The translations under genes and the position numbers were made by a program. Positions 33,384-45,400 of a stretch of 64,000 nucleotides of DNA are shown piece after piece. Numbering within the stretch: position 1 is the stretch's first letter; each line of letters opens with the position of its first letter. The notes under the pieces are model-generated. The model saw nothing but the letters and a program-made list of their open reading frames with translations. It did no database searches and was not told the DNA's origin. This DNA is from a virus: IMG/VR virus record IMGVR_UViG_3300004481_000389; one strand, 5' to 3'.

Positions 33384-36308
33384 ATGACTGTGCAATTTAA
33401 TTGGGATGGTGCCAATAACCCAGTCGGTCAAACAATTGACCAGATGCTTTACCGGATTCGCTCAAATGATAAAGAGGGCTTGATTTTTGATAGTGCGACC
33501 CTGGCTGATTTTATTGAAGATTCAGACGGCGTTATGGCGGTTTTTGATGCCTTAGTTACTCCATATTCACGCCTGGAACGCAAAGTGAATCAATTGCGCC
33601 TAGTGATGGACAAGGCAATTCCCGACCTGGAAACTGTATCGGTCCAGGTATCCGAGCCATTTAAGCAAAATGGCAGTGTGCATGTAGCCGCTGTATTTGA
33701 ATTATCTGATGGTCAGACGGTATCGGTGGTATTTCATAACCCGGATTCAACGCCTAACAAACTGGTCGCCAGTGATGAAATGATTTCCTGGAAGTGGATG
33801 CTCAATAAAAAAGACATTACGATTGTTGTAGCGCCTGAAAATGGCCGTGACCTGGCTATTCGTGAAGTCGGCAGACGTATCATGAAACTGGCCCATAAAA
33901 ACAGCACAGGCTTTGCCCGTTTAAACCAGAAGCGCGCCGAAAAACTTGAGAATATTAAGAATCTTACAGGCGAAGTAGAGCAGCTGGAACAAACGCTATC
34001 AGGCCTGGAAAAAGAGATTGAAGCGGCTAAGGCTGAACAGGCCCGAATTGAGGAAGAAAAAAACAATATTCCAATGATCAAGCAGCTATTTGAAAAGCTG
34101 GTGCGCGGTGGCTGGAAACTGAAAAATGGCCATGACGATTTTTTATCAAAAGAAGAATATGCCTTTGGTGCAAAATCCAATGTTGTTGTGGATTTTAATA
34201 GTTTCGATACTGTAAAAAGTGACATTGAAATTACAGCGGTGGGCGGTGGTTCCAAAACCATGCACATTGGTACCAGTGACCTTGAGGCTGAATTTGATGA
34301 ATTTAAGATTATTGTAGAGGACTTGATGAGTGCCTTGCATGGTAATGGCACGGTCGATTCACTACTTAACCTCCTACAAAACACGTTCAAAATGCAATGT
34401 GAGCGCCTGGCCCCGTTAATCTTTAACGTAACTACGCCTAGAACAAGTAGCGGTGTAACGATTGAGCTTGATGATGATGGTACTTTCCAGTTTGAGAGTG
34501 ATCATTTGTCAGTGGATCACTTGCAGGGTGAAGATAATCAAGCCCTCATTGCTAAAAAACTAGATGAATTAGACTTTGTTGCTTCTCAGGGTGCTTTTGA
34601 TGATGATCCAGAGCTTGAGGGTGATGTAATCCAGGGCGGCGTATTTAAGGGTAAATCTTTTGACTTTGCTTATACCATTGAGCAAATTGAAATCGCTGTT
34701 AATTCACTATCTAGTTTGTCTTTAGTGTTTGGTGACTTTAATCATACGGCGGCAGCTGGTGGCACCTTGTTCGATTCAATTGCTAGTGAATCTAACCCGC
34801 CAATTGAAGGTATTACTGCACAGATTGGATACAAGCCAACTGATATTGTTATGGCTAGGGTAAGTGTAGATGCAGCGGGTAATGCCATTATCTACAGAGG
34901 CGAAACAGGGACCACACAGGAAAGAGGCATTGATGCACCGACCTCCTATAGCCAATTTGTACCTGTATTTAAGCGCCTGATTGCAGAGCTAACCAAAGAG
35001 CCAGAGCTAGAGGAAAAGCTACCTGAGTTAAAAGCCTACCTTGATACATTTACCCCGTTAAAGCGTGGCCAAGTGCTTAAATCTCTATCACGTGCAGCCT
35101 ATGATCTGGATGGTGCGCGTGTCACTGTTGCTGAAACTGTAATTTCACTTGCCAAAAGTGAAGGTGCTAGAGTGGGCGTGAATGGCAAGGATGAAGTGTC
35201 TTTGATGAATGATAAGCACACTTTGAGCAGCAAACTAGGCAAGATCCCCATGAACTTTGGTATCTGGTTGATTGAAAGCGGCACTGTGAAGCCAAAACCA
35301 GCTGCACCGGAATCAAAATATCCGGATGACTTTGATCCGACTACTCCTGAAAATTATGCCCTGGTTAAAGAAAACGGTGATCTTGAAATGTTCCAGGATC
35401 AACTAGATGCGTTTTTCCAAAACCGTTTTATTGATGTGCGAAATGCTTTACGTGACCTGGGTTGGGAAGGTGAGCAAGGCCGTGACTTGAGCAAAAACGG
35501 ATATACCGCAATTCCTCATTTCAAACAGGCGGGTGCGGGCGCTAACCTGGTAGGCATTCATTACACTTTAAACGGTCCTGATGGGAAGGATATTGGATTC
35601 TTTATGTCTGATACTTTGACCTTGAGCGCAGAGCAATATGCGGATCGTGTGAATATGGGTCTACCAGCACAACCAGAGCCAATTGTAGTTAATGGGAGTG
35701 ACCCATTAGATATATCTATGGCGAATAAGCAGAATGCCATTCAATTAGCAGAAAACCTAAAGACTTTTAGCCAACAATCATGGGTTATGAGAACAACTTT
35801 AAATGATGTTAAAGATTTAAGTGTAGATCAGTTTAGAGAGCTTTATCAGGCTGATTTAGAGGCACTAAAGTCTGAGCATGATCAGGTGATTGCAGCATTT
35901 AATACATTGTTTAGAGCAGCTAAGGTTAAGGATCGGGATGTTATTCAAGAAATAGCAAATGAGACAAATTCCATTTATAAGCTACTTACTCCAAAAGGCA
36001 AACAATTAGAATCTGAATGGCAGAAACTAGGTGGTGAATATACAGCTTATCAAAAAAGTTTGAATACAGATCCAATCGTGGACCCAGATCCAGATACAGG
36101 GGATGATGAAATTAATACTTTCTTAAATGATGTAATTGCCAATCCTGGTAATCATACAAATGATGAATCACTGGACCGATTGACAGAACTTGCTGAAAGC
36201 CTGGGTGATGATGAAACAAGTGAATTTGCTATCACTGTGAATAAGGCAGCTAAAGCGGTTCAAGAAGTTGCATTTAAACAGCTTCAAGACATGGTAAGTC
36301 AGGGGTAA
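33384..36308 (+). CDS. 974-aa protein of unknown function (coiled-coil segment, acidic C-terminus); candidate virion cargo protein
   Basis: Long uninterrupted ORF with an AAGAGG RBS. No catalytic motif recognised. Confidence 0.65.
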   Translation: MTVQFNWDGANNPVGQTIDQMLYRIRSNDKEGLIFDSATLADFIEDSDGVMAVFDALVTPYSRLERKVNQLRLVMDKAIPDLETVSVQVSEPFKQNGSVHVAAVFELSDGQTVSVVFHNPDSTPNKLVASDEMISWKWMLNKKDITIVVAPENGRDLAIREVGRRIMKLAHKNSTGFARLNQKRAEKLENIKNLTGEVEQLEQTLSGLEKEIEAAKAEQARIEEEKNNIPMIKQLFEKLVRGGWKLKNGHDDFLSKEEYAFGAKSNVVVDFNSFDTVKSDIEITAVGGGSKTMHIGTSDLEAEFDEFKIIVEDLMSALHGNGTVDSLLNLLQNTFKMQCERLAPLIFNVTTPRTSSGVTIELDDDGTFQFESDHLSVDHLQGEDNQALIAKKLDELDFVASQGAFDDDPELEGDVIQGGVFKGKSFDFAYTIEQIEIAVNSLSSLSLVFGDFNHTAAAGGTLFDSIASESNPPIEGITAQIGYKPTDIVMARVSVDAAGNAIIYRGETGTTQERGIDAPTSYSQFVPVFKRLIAELTKEPELEEKLPELKAYLDTFTPLKRGQVLKSLSRAAYDLDGARVTVAETVISLAKSEGARVGVNGKDEVSLMNDKHTLSSKLGKIPMNFGIWLIESGTVKPKPAAPESKYPDDFDPTTPENYALVKENGDLEMFQDQLDAFFQNRFIDVRNALRDLGWEGEQGRDLSKNGYTAIPHFKQAGAGANLVGIHYTLNGPDGKDIGFFMSDTLTLSAEQYADRVNMGLPAQPEPIVVNGSDPLDISMANKQNAIQLAENLKTFSQQSWVMRTTLNDVKDLSVDQFRELYQADLEALKSEHDQVIAAFNTLFRAAKVKDRDVIQEIANETNSIYKLLTPKGKQLESEWQKLGGEYTAYQKSLNTDPIVDPDPDTGDDEINTFLNDVIANPGNHTNDESLDRLTELAESLGDDETSEFAITVNKAAKAVQEVAFKQLQDMVSQG

Positions 36309-36311
36309 AAA

Positions 36312-36701
36312 ATGAATCAATTGCTATGGGGTGATCAGCCTCATAGCCGTTTTGCTGTCCTTGACAGTGTTTCCCCACTTGAAGCACTTAAAAACAGCCG
36401 GGCGGCCATGGGTCTGATTGCTGAAAAACCCAATCTGAAAAAAACAACTGAAATCATGAGCTGGACCAAAAGAGCAGCTGCTCTACTGGGGTCCATTAAT
36501 GAAGTCTTGCACCCATCCTTAGAAATCCTGAAAAAGATTGGCCAGGGTGCTTATGACCATGAAACCCTCTATTCATTATGGGCCATGATGGATAGTAATT
36601 TAGATGAATTGAGCGCAGACAAAGCGTTTAACGATAAGGCGGGAAGTCTGACGCACAAAGCTATTTCCCGTTGGGCTGAATTGGAGTTAAAGAATGTTTA
36701 A
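36312..36701 (+). CDS. hypothetical protein
   Basis: 129-aa ORF packed between the two large genes. Confidence 0.55.
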   Translation: MNQLLWGDQPHSRFAVLDSVSPLEALKNSRAAMGLIAEKPNLKKTTEIMSWTKRAAALLGSINEVLHPSLEILKKIGQGAYDHETLYSLWAMMDSNLDELSADKAFNDKAGSLTHKAISRWAELELKNV

Positions 36702-38682
36702 TAATGACTACAAAGCGGTTAAAAGCCGACTGGGTTATTGCTTTGACTTGCTGACGGCCAAAGACATGACCAAAGAGCAAAATTCTGAAAAGAATAGCCT
36801 TCTTTTAAAGAAAAAGATCAATACCTTGCGCGCTTTAATTGCGGGTCAAAATCTGCCAGCGCATGAAATCTTATTAACCTCAAATACTTCTATGTTCTCC
36901 TTTTTTAAGGACCAGATTAAAGCGTTTGAAGATGAGACAGATGAAGCGGAAAAGGCTAAAAAATTACTTAGACTGAAAAACTTTATTGATGTGCAAACCG
37001 CCGCAATAAATCTTGATGCTACTCGCATGGTCAGTATGGGCTATGAGCGCAATAAGGTTGCTACTAAGATCGCTGAAAATGCCAGCCTTATCACTGGCCT
37101 GGTTAAGCATACGGTTGAAAATTCAAAAATTAAGGGAATGTTTGATCCAGAAAAAGCACGGTCCCTAATTGATGAAGAAGCTCGCAATACTACAGCTTAC
37201 AATGCACAGTATAGCGCCGCCTGGAAGGTGTTAGTCGAAAAGCATGATTCGATTAGAGGGCCATTTCTTGAATTGCGTAAGAAAATGTTTGATGAGCTGG
37301 AAAGGGAGGGATCGACCCTGGAGCTACGCGAGACTATCCGGGGAGAATACGCAGCCGACTTGAATGCTTTAGAGCAAAAGGCCGATGAAGAATATAAGAA
37401 GCTTAAAGCCAGTCTTTTTGATGACCTGGAGGCCAACTACCAGGCCCAAAAAAATCGTATCGCAGCTGAAAAAATCGCAATGGCCAGGGCGGTTAAAAAT
37501 GCTGTCATTGATCAGTCGACCGTGACCCAGGAAGATGCCGAAAAGTGGATTGCAGAAAAGGTGACTATCACTCAAGCTGTGATCAATAAGATGAAAAAGA
37601 ATGGCATTACGCCTGAGAAGTTTCACCAGGATCTAAAAGACTTTTTTGTTATTACTAATGGCCGCCTGGGTAAAATTAAGATTGATACCAAAAATCACCA
37701 GAGAGCTTATGCCAGCGGCACAACGACCCATGCAACTGAGGGTTTTATCATGCTGGATAATGACTTTAGCCAGCGGGTATTATGGCATGAATTGGCGCAT
37801 CATTTGGAATCTGATGATAACTTGCGTGTTATTGCTCAAGAGTACATTAAATCCAGATCGCTTGATGGAAAACTGGTACACCGCTTACGCAATCTGACCG
37901 AAAATAAGGGCTTTGCAGCTAGTGAAAAGGCATATAAGACAGATATGTTTAATCACTATGTTGCCAAGATCTATGATCATGGGTCCACAGAGGTTTTCTC
38001 TATGGGTGTTGAGGTTCTGTATGACGATGCAGTCTTATTCGATACCATGTTGAAAGACCCTAAAACTATTGAATTTGTCACAGGCGCATTGATGCAGACA
38101 AAGCAAGAAGTGGATCTTATTAATCAACAATTAAGAGATAGCATCCTTAACATAAACGCTGATATTGATAATCTCAGGACTGAACAGTATCAAGAGGTTT
38201 TTGAACAGCTGGCGGGCCTGGTGAAATTCAGTACCACAGTTAATGTCACTGAGGCTGACTTTACCGATCCTGATGCCACTAGATTCTTTAGTGAATGGAA
38301 GTCTAAATTTTATGGCACCTTAACATTGCCAAATGGCCGCGAATTGGTCCTTCTTAAAAGTGGTAAGGTGAAATATAGATCTTTCCGTGGTCGTGCCATG
38401 AAGGGTGTATTCGCTTTAGACTTTGGAAACTATGAGCATGTCAGGGAGGCAATTGCAGAGGGCCGATATACCACTTATTTTGCTTATGGTTACGGCGTGA
38501 AGGAGGAAGTTGCTTTAGCCATCCAAACACAGGACCTTGACCGGATCAAAGTGTTAGCTTTATCAATGGATTTGCACAAGGTTGGCGGGTATAGTATCCC
38601 TAATACTTCTGGCGAAATCGGTGAGGGCTTCACCTCATTTGAAAGCTTAGATAATCTCAAAAGACAATATTTACAGGGCTAG
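36694..38682 (+). CDS. 662-aa protein with a zincin-type HExxH metallopeptidase motif
   Basis: VLWHELAHHLESDD follows a long coiled-coil N-terminal half. This resembles the metallopeptidase modules of polyvalent phage and conjugative-element proteins. Confidence 0.65.
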   Translation: MFNNDYKAVKSRLGYCFDLLTAKDMTKEQNSEKNSLLLKKKINTLRALIAGQNLPAHEILLTSNTSMFSFFKDQIKAFEDETDEAEKAKKLLRLKNFIDVQTAAINLDATRMVSMGYERNKVATKIAENASLITGLVKHTVENSKIKGMFDPEKARSLIDEEARNTTAYNAQYSAAWKVLVEKHDSIRGPFLELRKKMFDELEREGSTLELRETIRGEYAADLNALEQKADEEYKKLKASLFDDLEANYQAQKNRIAAEKIAMARAVKNAVIDQSTVTQEDAEKWIAEKVTITQAVINKMKKNGITPEKFHQDLKDFFVITNGRLGKIKIDTKNHQRAYASGTTTHATEGFIMLDNDFSQRVLWHELAHHLESDDNLRVIAQEYIKSRSLDGKLVHRLRNLTENKGFAASEKAYKTDMFNHYVAKIYDHGSTEVFSMGVEVLYDDAVLFDTMLKDPKTIEFVTGALMQTKQEVDLINQQLRDSILNINADIDNLRTEQYQEVFEQLAGLVKFSTTVNVTEADFTDPDATRFFSEWKSKFYGTLTLPNGRELVLLKSGKVKYRSFRGRAMKGVFALDFGNYEHVREAIAEGRYTTYFAYGYGVKEEVALAIQTQDLDRIKVLALSMDLHKVGGYSIPNTSGEIGEGFTSFESLDNLKRQYLQG

Positions 38683-38961
38683 ATGATGGATATAAATACA
38701 ACGGCGTTAAAAGTGCATACACCTAAAGGCTCATTCTTTGCTGTCTTTCCAGATGATGCTAAAAACTGTGAATTGTGCGGTCCCTGGCTTGAGGCAATTG
38801 GCTACTTTGAGGGTAACTTGCATAAGCTATTTAAGCAGCATGGCCATCCGCTAGAGCTGGCACGGTTGGAGCCGGGAGACCTCATGCTGTATGGCAACCG
38901 TCCGGATCTTGAAATTTCCATTACTGATGACTTTGACCGTGAAGAACTGAGAATGATTTAG
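38683..38961 (+). CDS. hypothetical protein
   Basis: 92-aa ORF; its ATG immediately follows the upstream TAG. Confidence 0.5.
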   Translation: MMDINTTALKVHTPKGSFFAVFPDDAKNCELCGPWLEAIGYFEGNLHKLFKQHGHPLELARLEPGDLMLYGNRPDLEISITDDFDREELRMI

Positions 38962-38978
38962 TAGTAAAAATAACCAAA

Positions 38979-39009
38979 AAAGGCCCTTCCAAGTGAAAGG
39001 CCTTTTTTA
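38979..39009 (+). terminator. Rho-independent terminator
   Basis: GGCCCTT...AAAGGCC hairpin followed by T6. Confidence 0.6.
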
Positions 39010-39080
39010 TAGGAAAAACAAAAGAAAATAAGAAAAATTATCTACCAACATACAAGCTGTTTCACTTGTATGGAGTAGTG

Positions 39081-39440
39081 ATGAAAAGCCTTCAATCACT
39101 CGCTTTGACCCGAAAGGCTTTAAAGCTAATCGCAGAAAAAGCAACCACTAAAACCACGATGGCAGTTTTACGCTGGAATAAAGAGGCACTGGCTTTGCTA
39201 GGGCAAGCTTTTCCCAAAATTAAAACTGATGAATCGAATCCTGATTACCAGTATTTGCAGTCTGTAATTAAACGCGAATTACCCAATATGAATGACCCCG
39301 ATATTGGCAATCGCATGACAGACATTCTTAACCGAAATTCAGAAAACTCGGCATTCCTTTCGTATGTGCAACAAGCCGTTGCTGCATACCGCGAAGCCTT
39401 GCTTGCTGCATCCACTCAATTTTTATGGGGTAACGCTTAA
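39081..39440 (+). CDS. hypothetical protein
   Basis: ATG at 39081 with GGAG 6 nt upstream. Its stop overlaps the start of the giant gene. Confidence 0.5.
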   Translation: MKSLQSLALTRKALKLIAEKATTKTTMAVLRWNKEALALLGQAFPKIKTDESNPDYQYLQSVIKRELPNMNDPDIGNRMTDILNRNSENSAFLSYVQQAVAAYREALLAASTQFLWGNA

Positions 39441-42400
39441 TGTTTGGCATTTTATTCGATGATGCTGGCAATCCTAAATTGACCACACAGGCGCTTGAGC
39501 TTACTAGCAAGCTGCAAAATATTGTTGATAGCCTCAAAACGCCACAAAATAGCCTAGAAGGCCTTTTGTCTGAAATTGGCACTATCACACGTGGTAATCA
39601 CTTAATTGCGGATTTGAAGCAATTAGGCGGCAATATCGGCGGTGTTTCATTGCAAATTAATGATGATCCAGCAATTCCATTGTCAAAACCACGTAAAAAG
39701 ACGGATCAGCACTACAATTTCCAGCAAAACAACACAAAGAACAAACGCCAAAAGGACAACATTGCGGCGGTGGAATTGGTGCGCCAATACAATGCGGGTG
39801 AAATCACTTTAGATTCCATTACCGATGAGCAAAAAGACATTTTAGGCCGATACACCGGGAACGGCGGCAACTTGCTCGATGTGGAAACAGGTATGCGCGG
39901 CTCAGACTATGAGTATTACACGCCTAAGCCTATTGCTTCTGGTATTTGGGACGTTCTAAATGATATGGGCTTTGGTGGCGGTAAAGTGCTGGACCCATGC
40001 GCTGGTGTAGGTATTTTTGGTGCTACTGCACCATTAAATGCGGCTATTGATGCTGTAGAGCTGGATAAGACTAGCGGCACGATCAATAAGCTGATTAATG
40101 AATCAGACAGCTATAACGTGCGTGTAAGTAATTTTGAGAGTGTGGCAGCGCGTACACCAGATGAATCATACGATGCCATTGTGGCTAACGTTCCATTTGG
40201 TAGTAATCGCGGTCGTAACTTCAAATACGATGAAAAATACCAGAAAGCTAGTCTTGAGTATTACTTCATCATGCGTTCCCTGGAAAAGCTTAAAGGCGGT
40301 GGCTTGGCTGCATTCCTGGTACCGGATCGCTGCATGACAGGCAAATCAAGTAAAGAACGTGCATTGCGCCAGGATTCAAGCCTACTGGGTGAATTTTTGG
40401 GAGCGTATCGCTTGCCTAACAAAGTATTTGGCGCTGCAGCAGCAGATACCATTACTTGTGTGATGTTCTACCGCAAACATAGCAAAGCGGCTTTAGAGAA
40501 GGTCAGCGACCTCTATTCTGGTGGTGAAGCTAAGACGCTTTCTGATGCTCAAGTGCTATGGGATTCATTTGTTGATGGCAAATACTTTGAAACCAGCGAA
40601 GGTAAAAAGCGCGTCCTGGGTGATGACTTCATCAAAGCAGAGGAAGGCGATAAATACGGGCGTGATCAACTAACTTCTAGTGAAGATATTTTGGCAATCG
40701 CTAAGCGTATGCTGGTTCACAAATTGCCGAAAACCCGTATTGACTGGGCTTTGCTGGATGAAACCGAAGCTTTCCCAATTTCTTACAATGAAGGCGATAC
40801 CATTACCCAACGTGGCCAGACTTTGCAGCTGGTGAATGGTAATTGGGTCGTATTGAATCCAAGCCCTGAAAACAACGCAAAAATGGACCTGCTAAGTGAT
40901 GCACAGGACCCATACAGTGCTTTTGTTTCCAATATTACGATTGAACAGGTCGATGAATTAGCCGACCACATGAAAAAAATGTCTATGGCGCTGGATATGC
41001 CGCCGTGGATGGGTCAAATGCGTGTTGCTTTGGCGGGTGGTAAAACCCTGGACCAACGCAAGCAGCTTTACAAGCCAATCCTGATTGGTATGTGTGTAAA
41101 GCAGATCATGGATGAGGAAGGGCTAGATTCAGGCACCAACTTCAAAGAGAAATACCAGGATCTATCGGCTGAAATGGAGCGTTACGCCTCAGATGCCAAT
41201 AAAGTGAAAGGTGTTGAAGGTGAAGCGAAGCTTGCAATCCTGGAATACAAAAAGCATTACAAGAAAGGGACCGGATTTAGCTCAATTTGGCTTGGTGAAA
41301 TTCGCCAGGTAACAGAAGTTGAAATGACCCCGGACGCAAGCCTGGACGGCGTGATTTATGTGAATAAATCGCCGTGGTTCACTGTTGAACAGGCTAGAGC
41401 CTCACTTGGTCCAGACTTTGACCCATTTAAGGACCCTGAATACTGCCTATCTGATGATGGCAATAAAATCTGTCGTTCTGATGATTACTATGTTGGCAAC
41501 CTGGGTGAGTTTTTAAAGCGGATCGATCCGGCAATTGAAAATGCAGCCAATGATTCAATCCGAAATAAGCTACTGGCACAGAAAAAGGCGGCGTTTGAAC
41601 GTGTGACTAAGATCGATGTTCAAGAAATGCACTTCAACCTATTTTCGCCATACGTGACGATTGAAGAAAAAGCAGAGTTTTTGCGCCGTTCCGTACATGC
41701 CAGTGCGCGTGTGGTTGATGTTGATGGTGAAAAAACAATTTCATTCAACGTAACTTCATCGGAAAAGGATAAAAACAATCGTGCCAAGTACATTGGCCGC
41801 CTGGAAAGCTATTTGAAGCATGGCAATGTCTCCTTGCAGGGCATTAAAATCGAAGGTATTTCTGAGGAAAAGCAGCTCGAAGAACTCCGAAGCTTTATCA
41901 ACAAAACCAACGATAAATTTAATAGCTATGTGCGTTCTAATACCAGGATTACTAACCGCCTAGAAAGTACGGCAAACGATCCTAAAAACATGCGTTTTAA
42001 GCAGCTTGAAGATACTAAGGACTTGATTGTTCAAGGTATGAATCCAGAGCTTAAATTGCACACGTATCAACGCGCTTTCGTGCGTAAAATGTCGCGTGAT
42101 TTCAGCGGTATCAATGGCTTTGATGTGGGCTTAGGTAAAACCTTTACGGCACTTGCATCGGTCCAATACGTGCAGTCTATTGGCGTTAAAAAGCGCACTA
42201 TGTTTGTGGTCCCAGGATCGGTGCTATCAAACTGGCGTAAAGAAGCATTGCGGGCATATAAAACGATTGATGATTGTTTGTTTGTGGGCTTGCGTGAAAA
42301 CGGTGATGGCAACCTAATTGCTGATTCCAAGTATTACGATGAAGATTTAATGTCGATTGTGAGCAACAAGCCGAATAAGATTTTTATCAGCTTTGAAGCT

Positions 42401-45400
42401 TTTGAGCGCATTAAATTAAAGGCTGAAACTATTGAGCATTTTGAGAATCATATTCGCTCGGTTGATGCCTCGTTTATGGAAGATGATAGCCGTAAAAATG
42501 AGGAAAAAACCCAGGCGAAACTTGAAGGCCTAACCGCTATTTTGTCGAAAAAGACAGGCGCGGCACCTTATCTTGAGCAATTGGGGATTGATTCAATCGT
42601 GATTGATGAAGCCCATGCTTATAAAAACTCAAGTGCTGTGCGTGAATTTAAGGGCGGTAAATACCTATCAACCGCTGGCATGTCTGGCCGTGGTATCGAT
42701 GCACAATGTAAGGCCTGGTTTATCCGTGGTATGTCGGATCGTAAAGACGGCGTATTGCTACTGACTGCTACCCCGATTACCAATAGCCCGCTTGAAGTCT
42801 ATTCAATGATGAGCCTGGCGGTTGGCCATGAGCGCGTGAACAGTTTAGCTATGGGTGTATCTGGTGCTGATGACTTCATGAATGCTGTGTGTGTCATGGA
42901 AGATGAACAGGAAGAATCTATCGATGGCCAAATGAGTAACAAGCGTATCTTTAAAGGCCTAAGTAACCCGGCAATGTTACGCAATCTTATTTCTGATGTG
43001 GCCACAATTAAAACCGCCGATGATGTAGGCGCGCAAATCGTGGTACCAGATGAAGATACTCAAGAAACGATAGTAACGCTTGATAAGTATTCCCAGGATA
43101 AGCTGGATACTTATAAGAATGCCTATCGCTATGCTATGGACCTGATCCGTGACCGTGCTTTGCCATTTGGCCCAGGTGTGGCGGCGTATGATTACGTTAA
43201 GCAGCAATTTGGTGAAAAGGACGATGTAATCGCGCATCCATTTAACTTGATCAATAAAATGACGATGTTAATTGCCGATCCTGACCTGGATAAGCAATAC
43301 ACCAAGTACGTGATTGGCCAGGACCAAAAAGAGGCACTTGATAAGGTTCTAGCTGAGTGGGATAAGAAGCGACCTAAAGAGGACCGTGGCCGTATTAGCC
43401 CGCATACTCAAGAAAGCGATTACTCCTTAAAGATCAAGAAGAACAAGGATACAGGTGAGGAAACAGCGATTTATACAATTCAGGTTCGCGCCTGGGCTGA
43501 TAATGCCAATGTTTACCTGGATTCTACCGACTGGAAAACACAAGAAGCATTCGAGACGCTGGCCGAAAAACACGGACTAGGCCTGGATTGCGTCATGTCT
43601 CCAAAAATGGCCGCTATGATCGATAACCTCAAGCGTGAAAACTCGCATGTTCGCGGTGTGAATGCTCAAGGTGAAAAAGCGCCGTATGCGAAACAGATTG
43701 TTTTCTGTGACATTTTGGGTATCCACAACAAAATGCGTAAGTTGATCGCTAAGCATTTAGGTGTTTCAGCAAGCCAGATCGCTATTGTGACCGGACAGCG
43801 AAATAATGATGCAGCTGAAATTTTGGAGATTCAAAATAACTTCAATGATTATGGTGAAGATAACTATCGCATCATCATTGCCAACAAGAAGGCCGAAGTC
43901 GGTATTAACTTGCAAATCGGTACTCAGGCAATTCATCACTACACAATTGGCTGGACCCCGGATAGCTTGCAACAACGTAACGGTCGCGGTGTGAGACAGG
44001 GCAACAAGACAGAAAAAGTAACTGTGTATCATTATGACGCGCAAGGTACTTTTGATGCAGCTAAGCGCACCCTGGTAAACAATAAAGCTGACTGGATCGG
44101 TGAGCTGATGGACGGTCAAGGTTCTGAGAGCATTAAGATTGTAGGCGGTATGTCCAATGAGCAGATCCGGGCGCTGGCTGAATTTGCGGGCGGTGATGCT
44201 TTAGAAGCCATGCAAGCCGAAATTGCACGTAATGAAAAAATGCGTCATGAAAAGGAAAATGTGGAGCGTCAAAAAGCATTACTTGAGACGGCAAAACAGC
44301 AACAAGACTTTCTTGATAAGAACAAGGATTTTTCAGGATGGGTTAAACGTGACTTTGATGCTTTGATGCAAACCGCCTCAAGTGTCGGCAAGCTGGAACG
44401 TTTAATCAAAAAAGAAAATGATCTTAAAGCTGATCTAGCTGAAATCGTAGCAAGTAGTGGCTCAGTGAAGGACGTACAAGCCAAACTGAACAATATTGAG
44501 AAATCAAAACTCAAGCTTGAAAACGAAATGCGCCAGGCGAATAAGCTAATGGCTCGTATTGCCGGGGCGGTAAATGCGGTAGTTGCAAATTACAACTTTG
44601 AGCAAATTGCACCAGATAAAGCAGCGTATGTGATCAATAAAAAGTTCCGTGAACGTGCTGAACAGCCACATTCTAAGGCCACACTTACAGATACTTTTTA
44701 TGATCATGAAGATGGTGTGCGTTATGGCGTAAAAGTGAAGGCTAAGGAGGAAGTGGAAGGCTCAGAACTTTACAATGAGTGGAGCTTTGAGGTTGATTCT
44801 GCAGCTGGCTTGATCCGTGAAACGGTGAAGCAATTTAAAGAACGTGCGAAGGTTGATAATTCAATCAATGAGCGCGTGATTGATGACTTTATCGGTGAAG
44901 ATCGAAATGGCCAGATTAGCCCGTCCGGTGTTTTATTTTCAAAGTCTTGTTTCCTGGTGAAAAACAACGACCCTAAACAAGCGGTTTATTACTTTACAGG
45001 TGTGCCACAAGAAAATCAGTATGGTTCTAAAATTAAGGGCTTGATCAATGGTGAAAGGACCGATACTGAATTTAACTATGATTTTGTAGATCAACCTGAG
45101 TACAGCGTGGCTTATCCTGATTCTGATTTATATACGCAGTGCTGCATTGCCCTGGCTGAATATGAAGATTCATTGGTAGGCACCGTTTCCACTAAAGAAG
45201 GCAACCTATTTAGTGATGTTATGCCGGATATTTTGAAATATCGTAAGGGTATTATCGAAATCGCTTTTGAGTACGCTAACAGCTACTTGCAGGGCCACTA
45301 TTACCCATACGTGATGAATGCACATGAGCCAGATAAATTGAGCGATTTTGAGAAAGCAGTTGTTAAACAGCAATCAGAAATCGTATTGAGACATACGAAA

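Noticed and set aside
33734-34390. 218-aa minus-strand ORF, and many similar antisense ORFs inside large genes (for example 50435-50710, 56751-57050, 42067-42330)
   Set aside because: They lie entirely antisense to long motif-bearing genes and have low-complexity Ser/Pro/Leu-rich translations typical of shadow frames. They also lack plausible RBSs.
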